A stretch of 64,000 bases of DNA from Escherichia coli. GTDB lineage: Bacteria > Pseudomonadota > Gammaproteobacteria > Enterobacterales > Enterobacteriaceae. The notes below the pieces were generated by a model. The model ran no database searches. It was not told the DNA's origin and saw only the letters and a list, made by a program, of their open reading frames with translations. Shown one piece after another: positions 1 to 8,983 of this stretch. The stretch's first letter is position 1. Every line of letters begins with the position of its first letter. The stretch lies in NCBI RefSeq assembly GCF_003018255.1, contig NZ_CP027440.1; one strand, 5' to 3'. A program made the translations under genes and the position numbers.

Positions 1-94
1 AGAATATACGAAAGAAAACTCTACTGTCCTGGCTCATTAGCCACATCCTTGCTAAATAAAAAACGGGCGGTAATACCACCGCCCGCTTGCTGAA

Positions 95-1141
95 TTAACG
101 TCCTGCTTTCAGCTTCTGATAATACTCTTCATAAATGCTGCTGGCTGCGCCAACGTCATTCTGCCATTCACCATTTTTAATGGTTTCAGCATCCGGGTAG
201 AGCGTTTTATCGTTCGCCACTTCCGGACTTAACAGCTTACGCGCCGCAAGGTTTGGCGTTGGATAACCGATAGTTTCAGCAACCTGTTTTGCCACATCCG
301 GGCGCAGCAGGAAGTTGATCAATTTCAGTGCGCCTTCTTTGTTTTTGGCATTTGCCGGGATCGCCAGGCTGTCCATCCAGAAAATGCCGCCTTCTTTCGG
401 CCACACCACATCAATTGGCGTACCCGCCTGGCGTGCAACGAAAGCAGAACCGTTCCAGATCATGCCGAGGTTAACTTCGCCTTCCATATACGGGTTAGCG
501 GGGTTATCGGAGTTAAACGCCGCCACGTTTGGCATCAGTTTTTTCAGCTCGTTGTATGCAGCTTCAATCTCTTTCGGATCGGTGGTGTTACCGGAGTAGC
601 CCAGCTTACGCAGCGCCATCTGGAACACTTCACGGGCATCGTCGGTCAGCAGCAGGCTGCCTTTGTACTCAGGCTTCCACAGATCGGCCCAGCTGGTGAC
701 AGATTTCGGATCCACCGCATCACCGTTAACGCCAATCGCCGTTGCACCCCAGATATACGGAATGGAATAGTCGTTATTCGGGTCAAACGGCTTGTTGAGC
801 ATGTCTGGATCGAGGTTGCTGAAATTGCTTAACTTCGACTTGTCGATCTTCTGGATCATCCCTTCTTTACGCATTTTATCGACGTAATAGGTTGAAGGAA
901 CCACCAGGTCATAGGCACCGTCTTTGTACGTTTTCAGCTTCGCGTACATGGTTTCGTTCGACTCGTAAGTCGAATAGATAACCTTAATACCGGTTTCTTT
1001 GGTGAACTGTTCAAGCAGTCCTGGCGGCACGTACTCGGTCCAGTTGTAGAAATACAGCGTGTTGTTGTCATCGGCGTGAGCGGCGCTCATGCCCAGTGCC
1101 AGAGCACCCGCCGCGAGCAGGTGGCGTGACCATTTTTTCAT
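95..1141 (-). CDS. potD: spermidine/putrescine ABC transporter periplasmic binding protein PotD
   Basis: 348 aa ORF with an N-terminal signal peptide (MKKWSRHLLAAGALALGMSAAHA). Sequence and length match PotD as I remember it. ATGA-type overlap with potC. Confidence 0.95.
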   Translation of the reverse strand: MKKWSRHLLAAGALALGMSAAHADDNNTLYFYNWTEYVPPGLLEQFTKETGIKVIYSTYESNETMYAKLKTYKDGAYDLVVPSTYYVDKMRKEGMIQKIDKSKLSNFSNLDPDMLNKPFDPNNDYSIPYIWGATAIGVNGDAVDPKSVTSWADLWKPEYKGSLLLTDDAREVFQMALRKLGYSGNTTDPKEIEAAYNELKKLMPNVAAFNSDNPANPYMEGEVNLGMIWNGSAFVARQAGTPIDVVWPKEGGIFWMDSLAIPANAKNKEGALKLINFLLRPDVAKQVAETIGYPTPNLAARKLLSPEVANDKTLYPDAETIKNGEWQNDVGAASSIYEEYYQKLKAGR

Positions 1142-1932
1142 TTAACGTCCCCTGTGTTACCTTTCGTTTTATCACGAGCAATAAGCTGGCTGGCAATTAC
1201 CATCACCAGCGACAGCACCAGTAATATGGTTGCCAGCGCGTTAACTTCCGGCGATACGCCGACTTTGACCATCGAATAAATTTTTAACGGCAGAATTTCA
1301 TAACTCGGCCCGGTGACAAACGAAGAAACCACCACGTCGTCCATCGACAGGGTAAAGCTTAACACCCAGCCCGCCGCTACCGCTGGCATTGCCAGAGGCA
1401 GAATGATTTTTCGCAGAATGGTAAATTCGCTGGCACCGAGATCTTTCGCCGCTTCCAGCATTCGCACGTCAAAACCTTTCAGGCGCGAATACACTGTCAC
1501 CACCACAAATGGCAGGCAGAAGGTGATATGCGAGAACAGCAGCGACCAGAAGCCAAGCTGAATACCCAGCAGCATAAACAGCACCAGCAGCGAAATCGCC
1601 ATCACGATATCTGGTGACATCATCACCACAAACAGCATTCCGCTAACGAACGGCTTACCACGAAAGCGATAACGGTACAGCGCAACTGCTGTCAGTGAAC
1701 CGATAAGCGTAGCAAACGTCGCCGAAAACACCGCCATTGTTAGTGAATGCTGCGCTGCCTGTAACAGGCTGTCGTTGTTCATCAGCAGGCTATACCATTT
1801 GGTGGTAAAACCCTGCCAGTTGATGCCAAAGCGCGAGCTGTTAAAGGAGTTCACAATCAAAATAATGATTGGGATATACAGGTACGCGTAGATAGCGGTC
1901 ATAAAACCGCCGCGAAGCAGTCGACCGATCAT
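1138..1932 (-). CDS. potC: spermidine/putrescine ABC transporter permease PotC
   Basis: 264 aa polytopic membrane ORF starting MIGRLLRGGFMTAIYAYLYIPIIILIVNSF. Its start ATG overlaps a TGA, as at the K-12 potB/potC junction. Confidence 0.95.
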   Translation of the reverse strand: MIGRLLRGGFMTAIYAYLYIPIIILIVNSFNSSRFGINWQGFTTKWYSLLMNNDSLLQAAQHSLTMAVFSATFATLIGSLTAVALYRYRFRGKPFVSGMLFVVMMSPDIVMAISLLVLFMLLGIQLGFWSLLFSHITFCLPFVVVTVYSRLKGFDVRMLEAAKDLGASEFTILRKIILPLAMPAVAAGWVLSFTLSMDDVVVSSFVTGPSYEILPLKIYSMVKVGVSPEVNALATILLVLSLVMVIASQLIARDKTKGNTGDVK

Positions 1933-1942
1933 TCGAGTTCCA

Positions 1943-1954
1943 CCTTCTTATTCA
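1943..1954. repeat. attL core, left copy of the 12-bp direct repeat CCTTCTTATTCA
   Basis: An identical 12-mer recurs at 50100-50111. The flanks differ immediately on both sides. The left copy adjoins the potB 3' remnant and the right copy adjoins the potB body. Confidence 0.75.
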
Positions 1955-2000
1955 TAAGGCGGGGCACTTTCAGGATTTTGAATTTATTCAATTTTTTCCT

Positions 2001-2036
2001 TTCTCCAAAATCTCTCCAAAACTTTTCCCCAAAACC
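2001..2036. repeat. tandem CTCCAAAA/TCCCCAAAAC motifs, candidate integrase arm-type sites
   Basis: ttctccaaaa tctctccaaaac ttttccccaaaacc lies directly beside the int 3' end. A near-identical TTCCCCAAAAC x3 array lies beside the second integrase at 63009-63045. Confidence 0.4.
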
Positions 2037-2098
2037 AGGGCACGCATTTTACAACACTTTTTTCCTGAAATGGTGACGGATATTCCATATGATGTTTG

Positions 2099-3217
2099 TT
2101 AAATAACCAACTTAACCCATTCCTGACCTCGGGTATCGTTATAGCGATCGGTGGTAGCCTGGACTTTATGTCCCAGTAATGTTTTTGTATCGACACCCTG
2201 TGCGCGGTACAACCGTTCTGACAGGGAGCGTTGTTCATGAAATGTTGGCGGTGTTTTTCCTGCTGGTGGAATTATTCCAGCCAGATCTCGCGCTTTGGCG
2301 AAGTAATCGCTCAGGTTGTCTTTACTCATCGGTTTTGGTTGTTTCTGGTGCCTACTATGGATTAGGTATGGACTCAACATTCTGTCCCTGCATCCATCAA
2401 TAACTTCTTTTAACGATACCCCAATTTCATCGCATCGTAGCGTAAGAGGTAAGGCCAGACGCATTCCGGTTTTTCCTTGGGTTATATGTAGATGTCCATT
2501 CCATACATCTGAAAAACGCATGTGGCAAATGTCATCACGGCGCTGACCAGTAACAATCGCAAGAAGCATTGCGTTACGGATAAAGTGTTTTTCTGGCGTT
2601 GCATTATAAATTTTTTGCCAGTCTTCCAGGGTGAGTCTGGATCTGGTCACTTTAGGGATCGGTTTACGGGTAGCCTCCGGAGGATTCCATCCAGGAGGAA
2701 CTTCTCCCGCATGCTGTGCTTCTTTATAAATATCAACCCATAATCCGCGATTTACTCTTGCTGTGCTGACCATATCTTTATCCATCCACTCGTCCAGTAT
2801 TAATGCAAAGTCTCTTACCTCCAGTTCTTTCAATGGGTGGTTTCCCAGGCGGGAAACCAGGTATGCAGCCATTCGCACTTTTTCTTTGTGGGTTGTAGCT
2901 GCAATGTCTCCATTTTTCAGTCGCGAATCCTGTATTTTCAGATATCGATCAACCCATGCCTTTAATCTGATACCCCGACGTTTTGTTGCTGATGGACTTT
3001 CATCAATTTTGCGCATGAAATATTCTGCTTCTGCTGCAGCTATTCGCTGATTGGCTGTTGAAGCGATTTTTTCTGCCTTACCTTTGTCTGTTCCGAGTCC
3101 GTGAAATTTTCCAGTCACAGGATTTTTATACTGGTAGTAAACTCTGCCAGTTCTGCGATCAAACTTTTCGTAAAGACCGGCTACGTCAGTGCTGTTTTTT
3201 CGTGGCCTCGGTGACAT
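2099..3217 (-). CDS. int: tyrosine recombinase / prophage integrase
   Basis: 372 aa with a C-terminal catalytic region (TGQRRDD ... HEQRSLSERLY ... LLGHK ... DRY). Adjacent to the att core. Roughly 45% identical by eye to the integrase at 63056. Confidence 0.9.
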   Translation of the reverse strand: MSPRPRKNSTDVAGLYEKFDRRTGRVYYQYKNPVTGKFHGLGTDKGKAEKIASTANQRIAAAEAEYFMRKIDESPSATKRRGIRLKAWVDRYLKIQDSRLKNGDIAATTHKEKVRMAAYLVSRLGNHPLKELEVRDFALILDEWMDKDMVSTARVNRGLWVDIYKEAQHAGEVPPGWNPPEATRKPIPKVTRSRLTLEDWQKIYNATPEKHFIRNAMLLAIVTGQRRDDICHMRFSDVWNGHLHITQGKTGMRLALPLTLRCDEIGVSLKEVIDGCRDRMLSPYLIHSRHQKQPKPMSKDNLSDYFAKARDLAGIIPPAGKTPPTFHEQRSLSERLYRAQGVDTKTLLGHKVQATTDRYNDTRGQEWVKLVI

Positions 3218-3455
3218 GAGTTAAAATCTCCTTCAGTGCATCATCATCGCCAGTATGAATTTCCGGCGCAATTCCCGTTTCACCAGGCCCAACAAATACT
3301 GCTCGGCGATCTATCAGCCAACGCCCACGAATTTTTTGTGGTCTTGGAACGATGTATCCTAGTTTTCCGTATTTCACCAGGGTAGTGTTTGTTATTGGGA
3401 GACTGAACCGTTTTGGTTTCCACTCATCGAGCGTTATCAGGTACTGTTCGCTCAT
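3186..3455 (-). CDS. xis: excisionase-like small DNA-binding protein
   Basis: Small ORF overlapping the int start. An ATG at 3455 is preceded by GGAG. Its position is typical of xis. The ORF track begins at a GTG at 3464. Confidence 0.6.
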   Translation of the reverse strand: MSEQYLITLDEWKPKRFSLPITNTTLVKYGKLGYIVPRPQKIRGRWLIDRRAVFVGPGETGIAPEIHTGDDDALKEILTHVTEATKKQH

Positions 3456-3516
3456 GGCTATCACTCCGGAACGCGCCAGTTGCAGAATACCAACGACAAC
3501 TGGCGACGGTTGAACA

Positions 3517-5961
3517 TTAAAAATCAGCCTGACTCGGGATCAGTTTTTGCCAGATAGCTGAAACGTATTTTGCCTGGTAACGCGCATCGTGCAGGGCATT
3601 ATGGCGCTCACCCTCAAATGTGATGACACTTCGAGCATCGAAATCCATCACCAGTCCCAGAGCAACCATCGTTCTTACATCGCGATCATTGGTGTAACGC
3701 CATGGGCAGGGGATCCCCTGCCGTTCATATGAACGGCGTAAAATTACGTTGTCAAAGTTGGCTCCATTTCCCCAGACCTGAACAAAAAATTCACCGGAGT
3801 TTTCGTCGATAAATTCCCGTAATTGCAACAGTGCGTCATCCAACGGGATTTCATCGGTCAGAATGGCTGATTGTGCTTCCCGTGACTGTTTCAGCCACCA
3901 CTTAATGGTGTCCCGATCGATGACTCCGCCCGCGGTTTCCAGATCGATAGTTTTGCTGAATTCTGGCCCCATCTCTCCGGTTGCCGGATCAAAAAACTTA
4001 CCGGCCAGAGCGTTTATTGGCGCATCAGGATTTTTGCCCATTGTTTCAAGGTCAATCATCAGATGGTGCCACAACCTGCTGGTGGATGTGCTTTCGTGAT
4101 GACCGTTCACCTTAATTAAGGGATTTGCTGTCTCGCCTGTTTCATTATTGCCATTGGCATGTTGATCGCCTTCGGTACACTCCTTGTTCGGGTATACGGC
4201 ACTTTCCATTTCCTCCGAATCATCTTCCTGAACTTCAGCCTGATTTTTTTCATCGAATGTTTCCTGGTATGTTGCGTCGCCCATTACCGCGCCACAGTCA
4301 GGACAGTTGCCGTCGCCGGTCTGACCGCAGGCGGTGCAGACTTTTTCCGGTTCTTGTTGCACTTCTGGTTCAGGCAGTTTCGTTTCTGGCTCGTTTTGTA
4401 ACGCATTTGGGCTGTTTTGTTCCGCTTTCTGGTCGTTTTGTTCCGATTCGTGCTGGTTCTGGTTCACAGAGTCGCGGGTTTCAATCCCCTTCACCCATTT
4501 CGGATCATTCGGGTCGCTAATCCCTTCAACAAATTCTCCGTGAGAAGCAGCCAGTAATTTATCTGCATCGACAGGATTTTTGGGGGGAATGTTTTTCCTG
4601 GCTTCATGGAGTTCTGCACGCAGTTTCTGATATTTCGCATCAACAGAATTTATCTGTGGCTGAGCATCCATCGACTGCGTGTCCTGATTATGTTCAGTTG
4701 TATCCGGTTCCACTGCTTCAGTCGTTGCCTGTTCATCTGCCATTGCGCCAGTTGGCTGCGGTTTTTCTTCATCATCCTGTTTTCCTTCTTTTGTTACACG
4801 CTGCGGCATTGGAGCAGAGGAGCGACCGCAGGCAATATCCACGATTTCTGGATCAGGGGTGGCATGGTCGGTTTCGGTCAGTACTTTGTTCAGATATTCG
4901 GTAACACGGTGGGGAGTAGCCTCGATACCAATTGGTGCTTCTTTCACGGACGCAACCACTATCGCGCGGGAATAATCCAGGTGACCAGGCATGGCGATGA
5001 ATTTGTCACGAAAAACAGAAAAGGGCGGCTTATTCTCTGAAACGATTTCTTCAATGCGTTTGGCGTGTGCCGGATGTGGATTGTAAATATCGATGTCCAT
5101 TGAACGGGCCAGAACGCCAGCGGCAACGTCACGTTCCACTGACGCATCATCGTGGACAAAACCTTCACCGCGATCGGTAAGAATTCCTCCGCCAGCATTA
5201 GCGCCGGATGGCGTGCGGCTGATGCGTAAAACACGATTTCCTTTCATCCACTCTTTTGTCAGCAGACCTCGATCGGTATAGTCAGCGTCCAGGTATGCTT
5301 CGAAAAAAGCAGTCATTAACCCCAGACTGGAATTAACGGGATTAGGGAAAACTTTGTCTGTGTCGCGTACCAGTTTGTGAAGGTCGCGAATCTCCAGCGG
5401 GTCGAGCAGCTTTGTGTTGTGGGAAATAGCCAGGGCAGTAACAGCAGGCAGTTCTTCAGCTCGTGCGATATGTAATGCCTGAAGTTCTTCCCGTGAAACG
5501 TGCGTTACCGGTTTTTCGCTGCCATGTTGCGCAAGCCAGCGAATGGGCAGTTCCTGACCGGAAATCGGCAGGAGCATATTATCCTCAATCTCAGCCATGT
5601 CTTCGCCATTGACGTTGGTATTGTCAGAGCTGGCTGGTTTGTCCTGAACTGAGGGGGAAGGCGCTATAAATATCATTGTGATGCCATCTTCCCCGCCTTT
5701 TTCATAGCGGTTGCAGAATTCAGTATCGAACACACCTTCAGGCGGCAGGTCATTAACAATGGGCAAATTCACGCGAACAGGTTTTTTGAAATCCTCTTCG
5801 TCAAATCCAGCATCGTCCATTGCGACAACACCCCGTGATATTGCAACCGATAATTTTTTTGCTGTGCGCCAGTAAAAACCGCCTTTAATCCCAAGGCGTT
5901 TTCTGACTTTGTCATTTTTGGCTTCGTAATACAGTGCAATTTCTTCTTTATCAGTGCTCAT
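3517..5961 (-). CDS. RecE-like protein whose C-terminal domain is a DEDDh 3'-5' exonuclease
   Basis: 814 aa. The central region ([43 protein letters not shown] ...) matches Rac RecE as I recall it. The last ~200 aa carry DEDDh-type motifs (MIDLETMG ... WGNGANFD ... [11 protein letters not shown]). Confidence 0.75.
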   Translation of the reverse strand: MSTDKEEIALYYEAKNDKVRKRLGIKGGFYWRTAKKLSVAISRGVVAMDDAGFDEEDFKKPVRVNLPIVNDLPPEGVFDTEFCNRYEKGGEDGITMIFIAPSPSVQDKPASSDNTNVNGEDMAEIEDNMLLPISGQELPIRWLAQHGSEKPVTHVSREELQALHIARAEELPAVTALAISHNTKLLDPLEIRDLHKLVRDTDKVFPNPVNSSLGLMTAFFEAYLDADYTDRGLLTKEWMKGNRVLRISRTPSGANAGGGILTDRGEGFVHDDASVERDVAAGVLARSMDIDIYNPHPAHAKRIEEIVSENKPPFSVFRDKFIAMPGHLDYSRAIVVASVKEAPIGIEATPHRVTEYLNKVLTETDHATPDPEIVDIACGRSSAPMPQRVTKEGKQDDEEKPQPTGAMADEQATTEAVEPDTTEHNQDTQSMDAQPQINSVDAKYQKLRAELHEARKNIPPKNPVDADKLLAASHGEFVEGISDPNDPKWVKGIETRDSVNQNQHESEQNDQKAEQNSPNALQNEPETKLPEPEVQQEPEKVCTACGQTGDGNCPDCGAVMGDATYQETFDEKNQAEVQEDDSEEMESAVYPNKECTEGDQHANGNNETGETANPLIKVNGHHESTSTSRLWHHLMIDLETMGKNPDAPINALAGKFFDPATGEMGPEFSKTIDLETAGGVIDRDTIKWWLKQSREAQSAILTDEIPLDDALLQLREFIDENSGEFFVQVWGNGANFDNVILRRSYERQGIPCPWRYTNDRDVRTMVALGLVMDFDARSVITFEGERHNALHDARYQAKYVSAIWQKLIPSQADF

Positions 5962-6053
5962 TGATAAACCTCATAACTATTTTAAGGTTGTACGAATCCC
6001 TGCCATTGCTGGCATGCTTAATCAACGGGTATGGCGTTAATACGGCTGGCGGG

Positions 6054-6242
6054 TTATCCAGCCGGTATTTCGTTATTCAGGTACTGCGATACTTTGTTTA
6101 ACGGGAGACATTCACCGGAAATTTTTTGCTCGTCTCTTGCCTGATGGCAGGATTCTTTACTGGCATAAATTCCGGTAATCACATTCTGTGGCTCACCTGT
6201 TATCAGAAAAACCGTCATCATCAGTGCAAACGCTGAACTCAC
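6054..6242 (-). CDS. ydfD: YdfD-like small lysis protein
   Basis: 62 aa (MSSAFALMMTVFLITGEP ... NEIPAG) resembling Qin YdfD as I recall it. Lies immediately downstream of the dicB homolog with a 4-nt overlap. Confidence 0.6.
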   Translation of the reverse strand: MSSAFALMMTVFLITGEPQNVITGIYASKESCHQARDEQKISGECLPLNKVSQYLNNEIPAG

Positions 6243-6427
6243 TGCTGCCCTCCGAAAATGCCAAGTTCAAGAAGGGCAATTCTGGAGAGTATGGAATTAT
6301 CATTGAGAAGATAAGGCTCATATTTTCTCATCCTGATGGCGTCTTCAGTAAACTCCCGGTTACTGAGCAGAATACCAATATTAAAACACCCTTCAGACGT
6401 ATTAACGTTTGGTAGTGACGTTTCCAT
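6239..6427 (-). CDS. dicB: DicB-like cell division inhibitor
   Basis: 62 aa starting METSLPNVNTSEGCFNIGILLSN.EFTEDAI, which matches the DicB N-terminus (LLPNVNTSEGCFEIG ... FTEDAI) from memory. Same length as DicB. Confidence 0.75.
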   Translation of the reverse strand: METSLPNVNTSEGCFNIGILLSNREFTEDAIRMRKYEPYLLNDNSILSRIALLELGIFGGQQ

Positions 6428-6604
6428 TATCGCGTCCTCAACAATGAATTTTGTGATGTGGTGCCTGGTGCCTCCAGGTGACGTTAACCAGTTAACAATT
6501 AACGCCGGATTGTTAGTTGATGTCTGTTACGCCAGTAAAAGACCGCTTGTTTTAACTGTTCCGCGTGCGCTTAGCCGCATTCACCGCATCACAAAATACA
6601 CTTT

Positions 6605-6643
6605 AAAAATGGCGGATATCCATTTCCGCCGAATCACCAGAAA
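6605..6643 (-). ncRNA. dicF: DicF-like sRNA, short variant
   Basis: The minus strand reads UUUCUGGUGAUUCGGCGGAAAUGGAUAUCCGCCAUUUUU. It shares the UUUCUGGUGA 5' end, a GGCGG/CCGCC terminator stem and a U-tract with K-12 DicF. It lies upstream of dicB, as in Qin. Confidence 0.55.
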
Positions 6644-6979
6644 AGTGATAACAGAGGTTGTTGTGGCGGTGTTGTCACTCAGGCGTATGGTCAACCTGAC
6701 AACCCGGTGCATTTTCTGGAGCAATGGAGGAAGCCCCAGCCATACTTACCGCCGCGCCATTTCGCGGATTGCCACAACCGGAAGCGCACGATCGAATTAC
6801 ATTTAACGACGACATATACAGAGAGACTAACTTCGCCGAGCGCTTTCGTGTTGTGTGCCTGCTTTTAACCACGTCAGGCGAGGTGGACCTGTTATTCCCC
6901 AACAACAAGGATCTTGTTAATCTGGATATCCCCAACAACAATAAGAGTATTGAATGTGATCGCTGAATTAACGGCAGCA

Positions 6980-7471
6980 ATGACGGCTATTCGTGAAACC
7001 GCTCAGATTGCAAAACTAATGAACGAGGCAAAAACTCAAGCTGAAGTAAATGCGGCTATTGGTGAACTGAACTCAAAGCTTGCATCTATTCAGCACGAAT
7101 GCGTGTCTCTCGTTGAGCTGGTGAGCACTTATCAAGAAATAAATGCTTCTCTCAAAGCTAAAATTGCAGAATTTGAAAACTTTGAGGCTCAGACGGAAGG
7201 TTATATCCTTAACCAACTTGAGTCGGGAACTTTTGTGTACTCGAAGGAGGTAACCGTGAACGGCGGCAGCATAATCATGCATCTTTGTCCAAAATGTTTT
7301 GGACAAAAGATAGTATCGATACTTCAACCATTCCCGGTTAGAGAATATGAGTTTTTTCATAAAAGCAGGTGCCTCTACTGTGAAAATCAGTTTCTTATGA
7401 ATAAAAATCCGGATTATGTATCGCCTCCATCTATTGAGGAGTTGGCCAGAAAACTGAACGGCAATCTGTAG
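6980..7471 (+). CDS. hypothetical coiled-coil protein with a C-terminal CxxC...CxxC zinc ribbon
   Basis: Open from a TTG at 6914, with the first ATG at 6980. The N-terminal half looks heptad-like. The C-terminal half has CPKC ... CLYC. Visibly AT-rich and oriented against the surrounding minus-strand operon. Confidence 0.5.
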   Translation: MTAIRETAQIAKLMNEAKTQAEVNAAIGELNSKLASIQHECVSLVELVSTYQEINASLKAKIAEFENFEAQTEGYILNQLESGTFVYSKEVTVNGGSIIMHLCPKCFGQKIVSILQPFPVREYEFFHKSRCLYCENQFLMNKNPDYVSPPSIEELARKLNGNL

Positions 7472-7584
7472 ATTGTTACTGTTATGGATATCCAGATTGT
7501 TAAAGAGCATGCCGGATGCTTGCTTGTGTCCGGCGCGTGTGCACCAGTTCTCCCCGTGGAGGATTCCTTAACTACCAGACTTCA

Positions 7585-7737
7585 TTAGTCAGAGTTTCTT
7601 GCTAACCAGCGACGCGCGCCAGCTTCAGTTTTAAACGTTTTGCTTCTGGTATACGTCATCGCGGTAAACGTGCCGTCCTGGTTGGGAAACACGCCGCATA
7701 CCAGAGATTCGTTGTTGCCAAGATTGAGCGTATCCAT
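7585..7737 (-). CDS. ydfA: YdfA-like DUF1391 small protein
   Basis: 50-aa ORF below the track cutoff: MDTLNLGNNESLVCGVFPNQDGTFTAMTYTRSKTFKTEAGARRWLARNSD. This closely resembles Qin YdfA from memory. Confidence 0.65.
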   Translation of the reverse strand: MDTLNLGNNESLVCGVFPNQDGTFTAMTYTRSKTFKTEAGARRWLARNSD

Positions 7738-7914
7738 GTTGACCTCATTCCCCCTTAACGCCGGGGCGCGGAACTAAAAACCTGCTGCGCTGTTATACAA
7801 AGTGTTCCCGCCGTCATGTTCATACGCCTCGGGCTGGCTACTTAACCCCTGACCACTGCCGGGTAACTCGAAGTATTGCCTGGCGTTCTGTGGGATGGGG
7901 TTGGAATAAAATAA

Positions 7915-7943
7915 AGTTTAGAAAAATGAACTTTATGAGTCAA
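7915..7943 (-). promoter_or_regulatory. PL-like early-left promoter
   Basis: Minus strand reads TTGACT, a 17-nt spacer, then TAAACT. It is overlapped by the inverted repeat AAAGTT-N10-AACTTT (7913-7934) and abutted by GTTTTTTTTATCAAAAC (7945-7961). Confidence 0.55.
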
Positions 7944-8022
7944 TGTTTTTTTTATCAAAACATGACAGCAGGCAGCTGTTAAGCCATCAATATGATGGCG
8001 TACAGTAAATTAAGGGGATTAG

Positions 8023-8661
8023 TTAAATATCTTGTTGAATTTTAAAGCATACACCTAAAATGCGGGATATATCATCCAGCATGATTGATGGGTAGCGTGG
8101 ATTTGAGGGAACTAAGAGGATGTCAGGTCCTTCTATTTCCAATTTACGAATTACTGGTGTAGTTGTTCCTTTTGGTAATGCTAGAACAATATTGCCATGT
8201 TGTGCGGTTCGATCTGGGTCGACAAAGACCGTTGATCCATTCGGAATTGATACACTTCCGCCTGCGGCAGACATACTATCGCTCTCTAGAACTACTGCAA
8301 ATGTATTGACAGAAGTTTCACCAGCGAGCTGAACACAAGAGAGTCCTGAGGTATTTGTCATATAATCACTCCAACTTGCTGCCTGCTGAAGTGATAGTAG
8401 CGGAACCCTTTTTACCGGCGGCAAAGATAGATCACTATATTCACTTATATTTAACACACCTCCATTAAGAAGCCAGTTTTCACTTACTTTCAAGATCTTG
8501 GCGAGAGAGCTTATGTAACGAGCGGATGGAGTACCTCCACCGTTTATCCACTGACTGACAGAGCCCTTTGATGCGCCTGTAGCGATGGCAAGGTGCTTTC
8601 CCTTCAGATTTAGCGCGTTCATGCGCTGAGTGATGCGTTCAGATATTGTTTGCTTAGTCAT
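8023..8661 (-). CDS. CI-like prophage repressor (HTH plus S24 LexA-like peptidase domain)
   Basis: 212 aa. N-terminal XRE-type HTH (LAIATGASKGSVSQWINGG). The C-terminal domain carries the S24 Ser/Lys signatures (LESDSMS ... VIRKL). Divergent from a cro-like gene. Confidence 0.85.
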   Translation of the reverse strand: MTKQTISERITQRMNALNLKGKHLAIATGASKGSVSQWINGGGTPSARYISSLAKILKVSENWLLNGGVLNISEYSDLSLPPVKRVPLLSLQQAASWSDYMTNTSGLSCVQLAGETSVNTFAVVLESDSMSAAGGSVSIPNGSTVFVDPDRTAQHGNIVLALPKGTTTPVIRKLEIEGPDILLVPSNPRYPSIMLDDISRILGVCFKIQQDI

Positions 8662-8726
8662 GTTTTGATTTTAAAACACTAGAGGTTTTGTTTCTTGACT
8701 TTCTTTTGTTTTGATTATTAAACTTT
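8662..8726. promoter_or_regulatory. OR-like operator/promoter region (PR plus a leaderless PRM candidate)
   Basis: GTTTTG(AT) motifs at 8662, 8685 and 8707, spaced about 22-23 bp. Plus-strand TTGACT (8695-8700) with TATTAA/ATTAAA at a 15-16 nt spacer. Minus-strand TAAAAT (8668-8673) ends 6 nt before the repressor ATG, and the repressor gene has no SD. Confidence 0.45.
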
Positions 8727-8752
8727 GTTTGTTCAGTTTTCTGGAGTGAACT

Positions 8753-8983
8753 ATGAAAAAATCAGAAGTTTTAGGATATTTTGGCGGTGTTGTTAAAACA
8801 GCATCAGCGCTAGGAACTTCGAAAACCACAGTCAGCATGTGGGGAGAGAATGTTCCGTGGAAATGGGCGTTGCTTATTCAGGCTGTTACTGATGGCGCAC
8901 TTAAGTATGAGTTGCATGTACCAACGGTTACCATTCCATGTGTTGATTGTAAGTCACTTTCAGATCAGGGAGTTGATTCATGA
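8753..8983 (+). CDS. Cro/YdaS-like HTH protein
   Basis: 76 aa, divergent from the repressor, with GGAG 7 nt upstream. The HTH segment is VKTASALGTSKTTVSMW. Confidence 0.7.
   Translation: MKKSEVLGYFGGVVKTASALGTSKTTVSMWGENVPWKWALLIQAVTDGALKYELHVPTVTIPCVDCKSLSDQGVDS

Noticed and set aside
6336-6806. 156-aa plus-strand ORF
   Set aside because: It is antisense to the dicB homolog and the DicF-like RNA and has no RBS. The minus-strand features are far better supported.
7073-7510. 145-aa minus-strand ORF
   Set aside because: It is the mirror frame of the AT-rich coiled-coil/zinc-ribbon ORF. Its Lys/Phe/Ile/Leu-rich translation is typical of AT-rich antisense frames. The plus-strand product has coherent domain structure.
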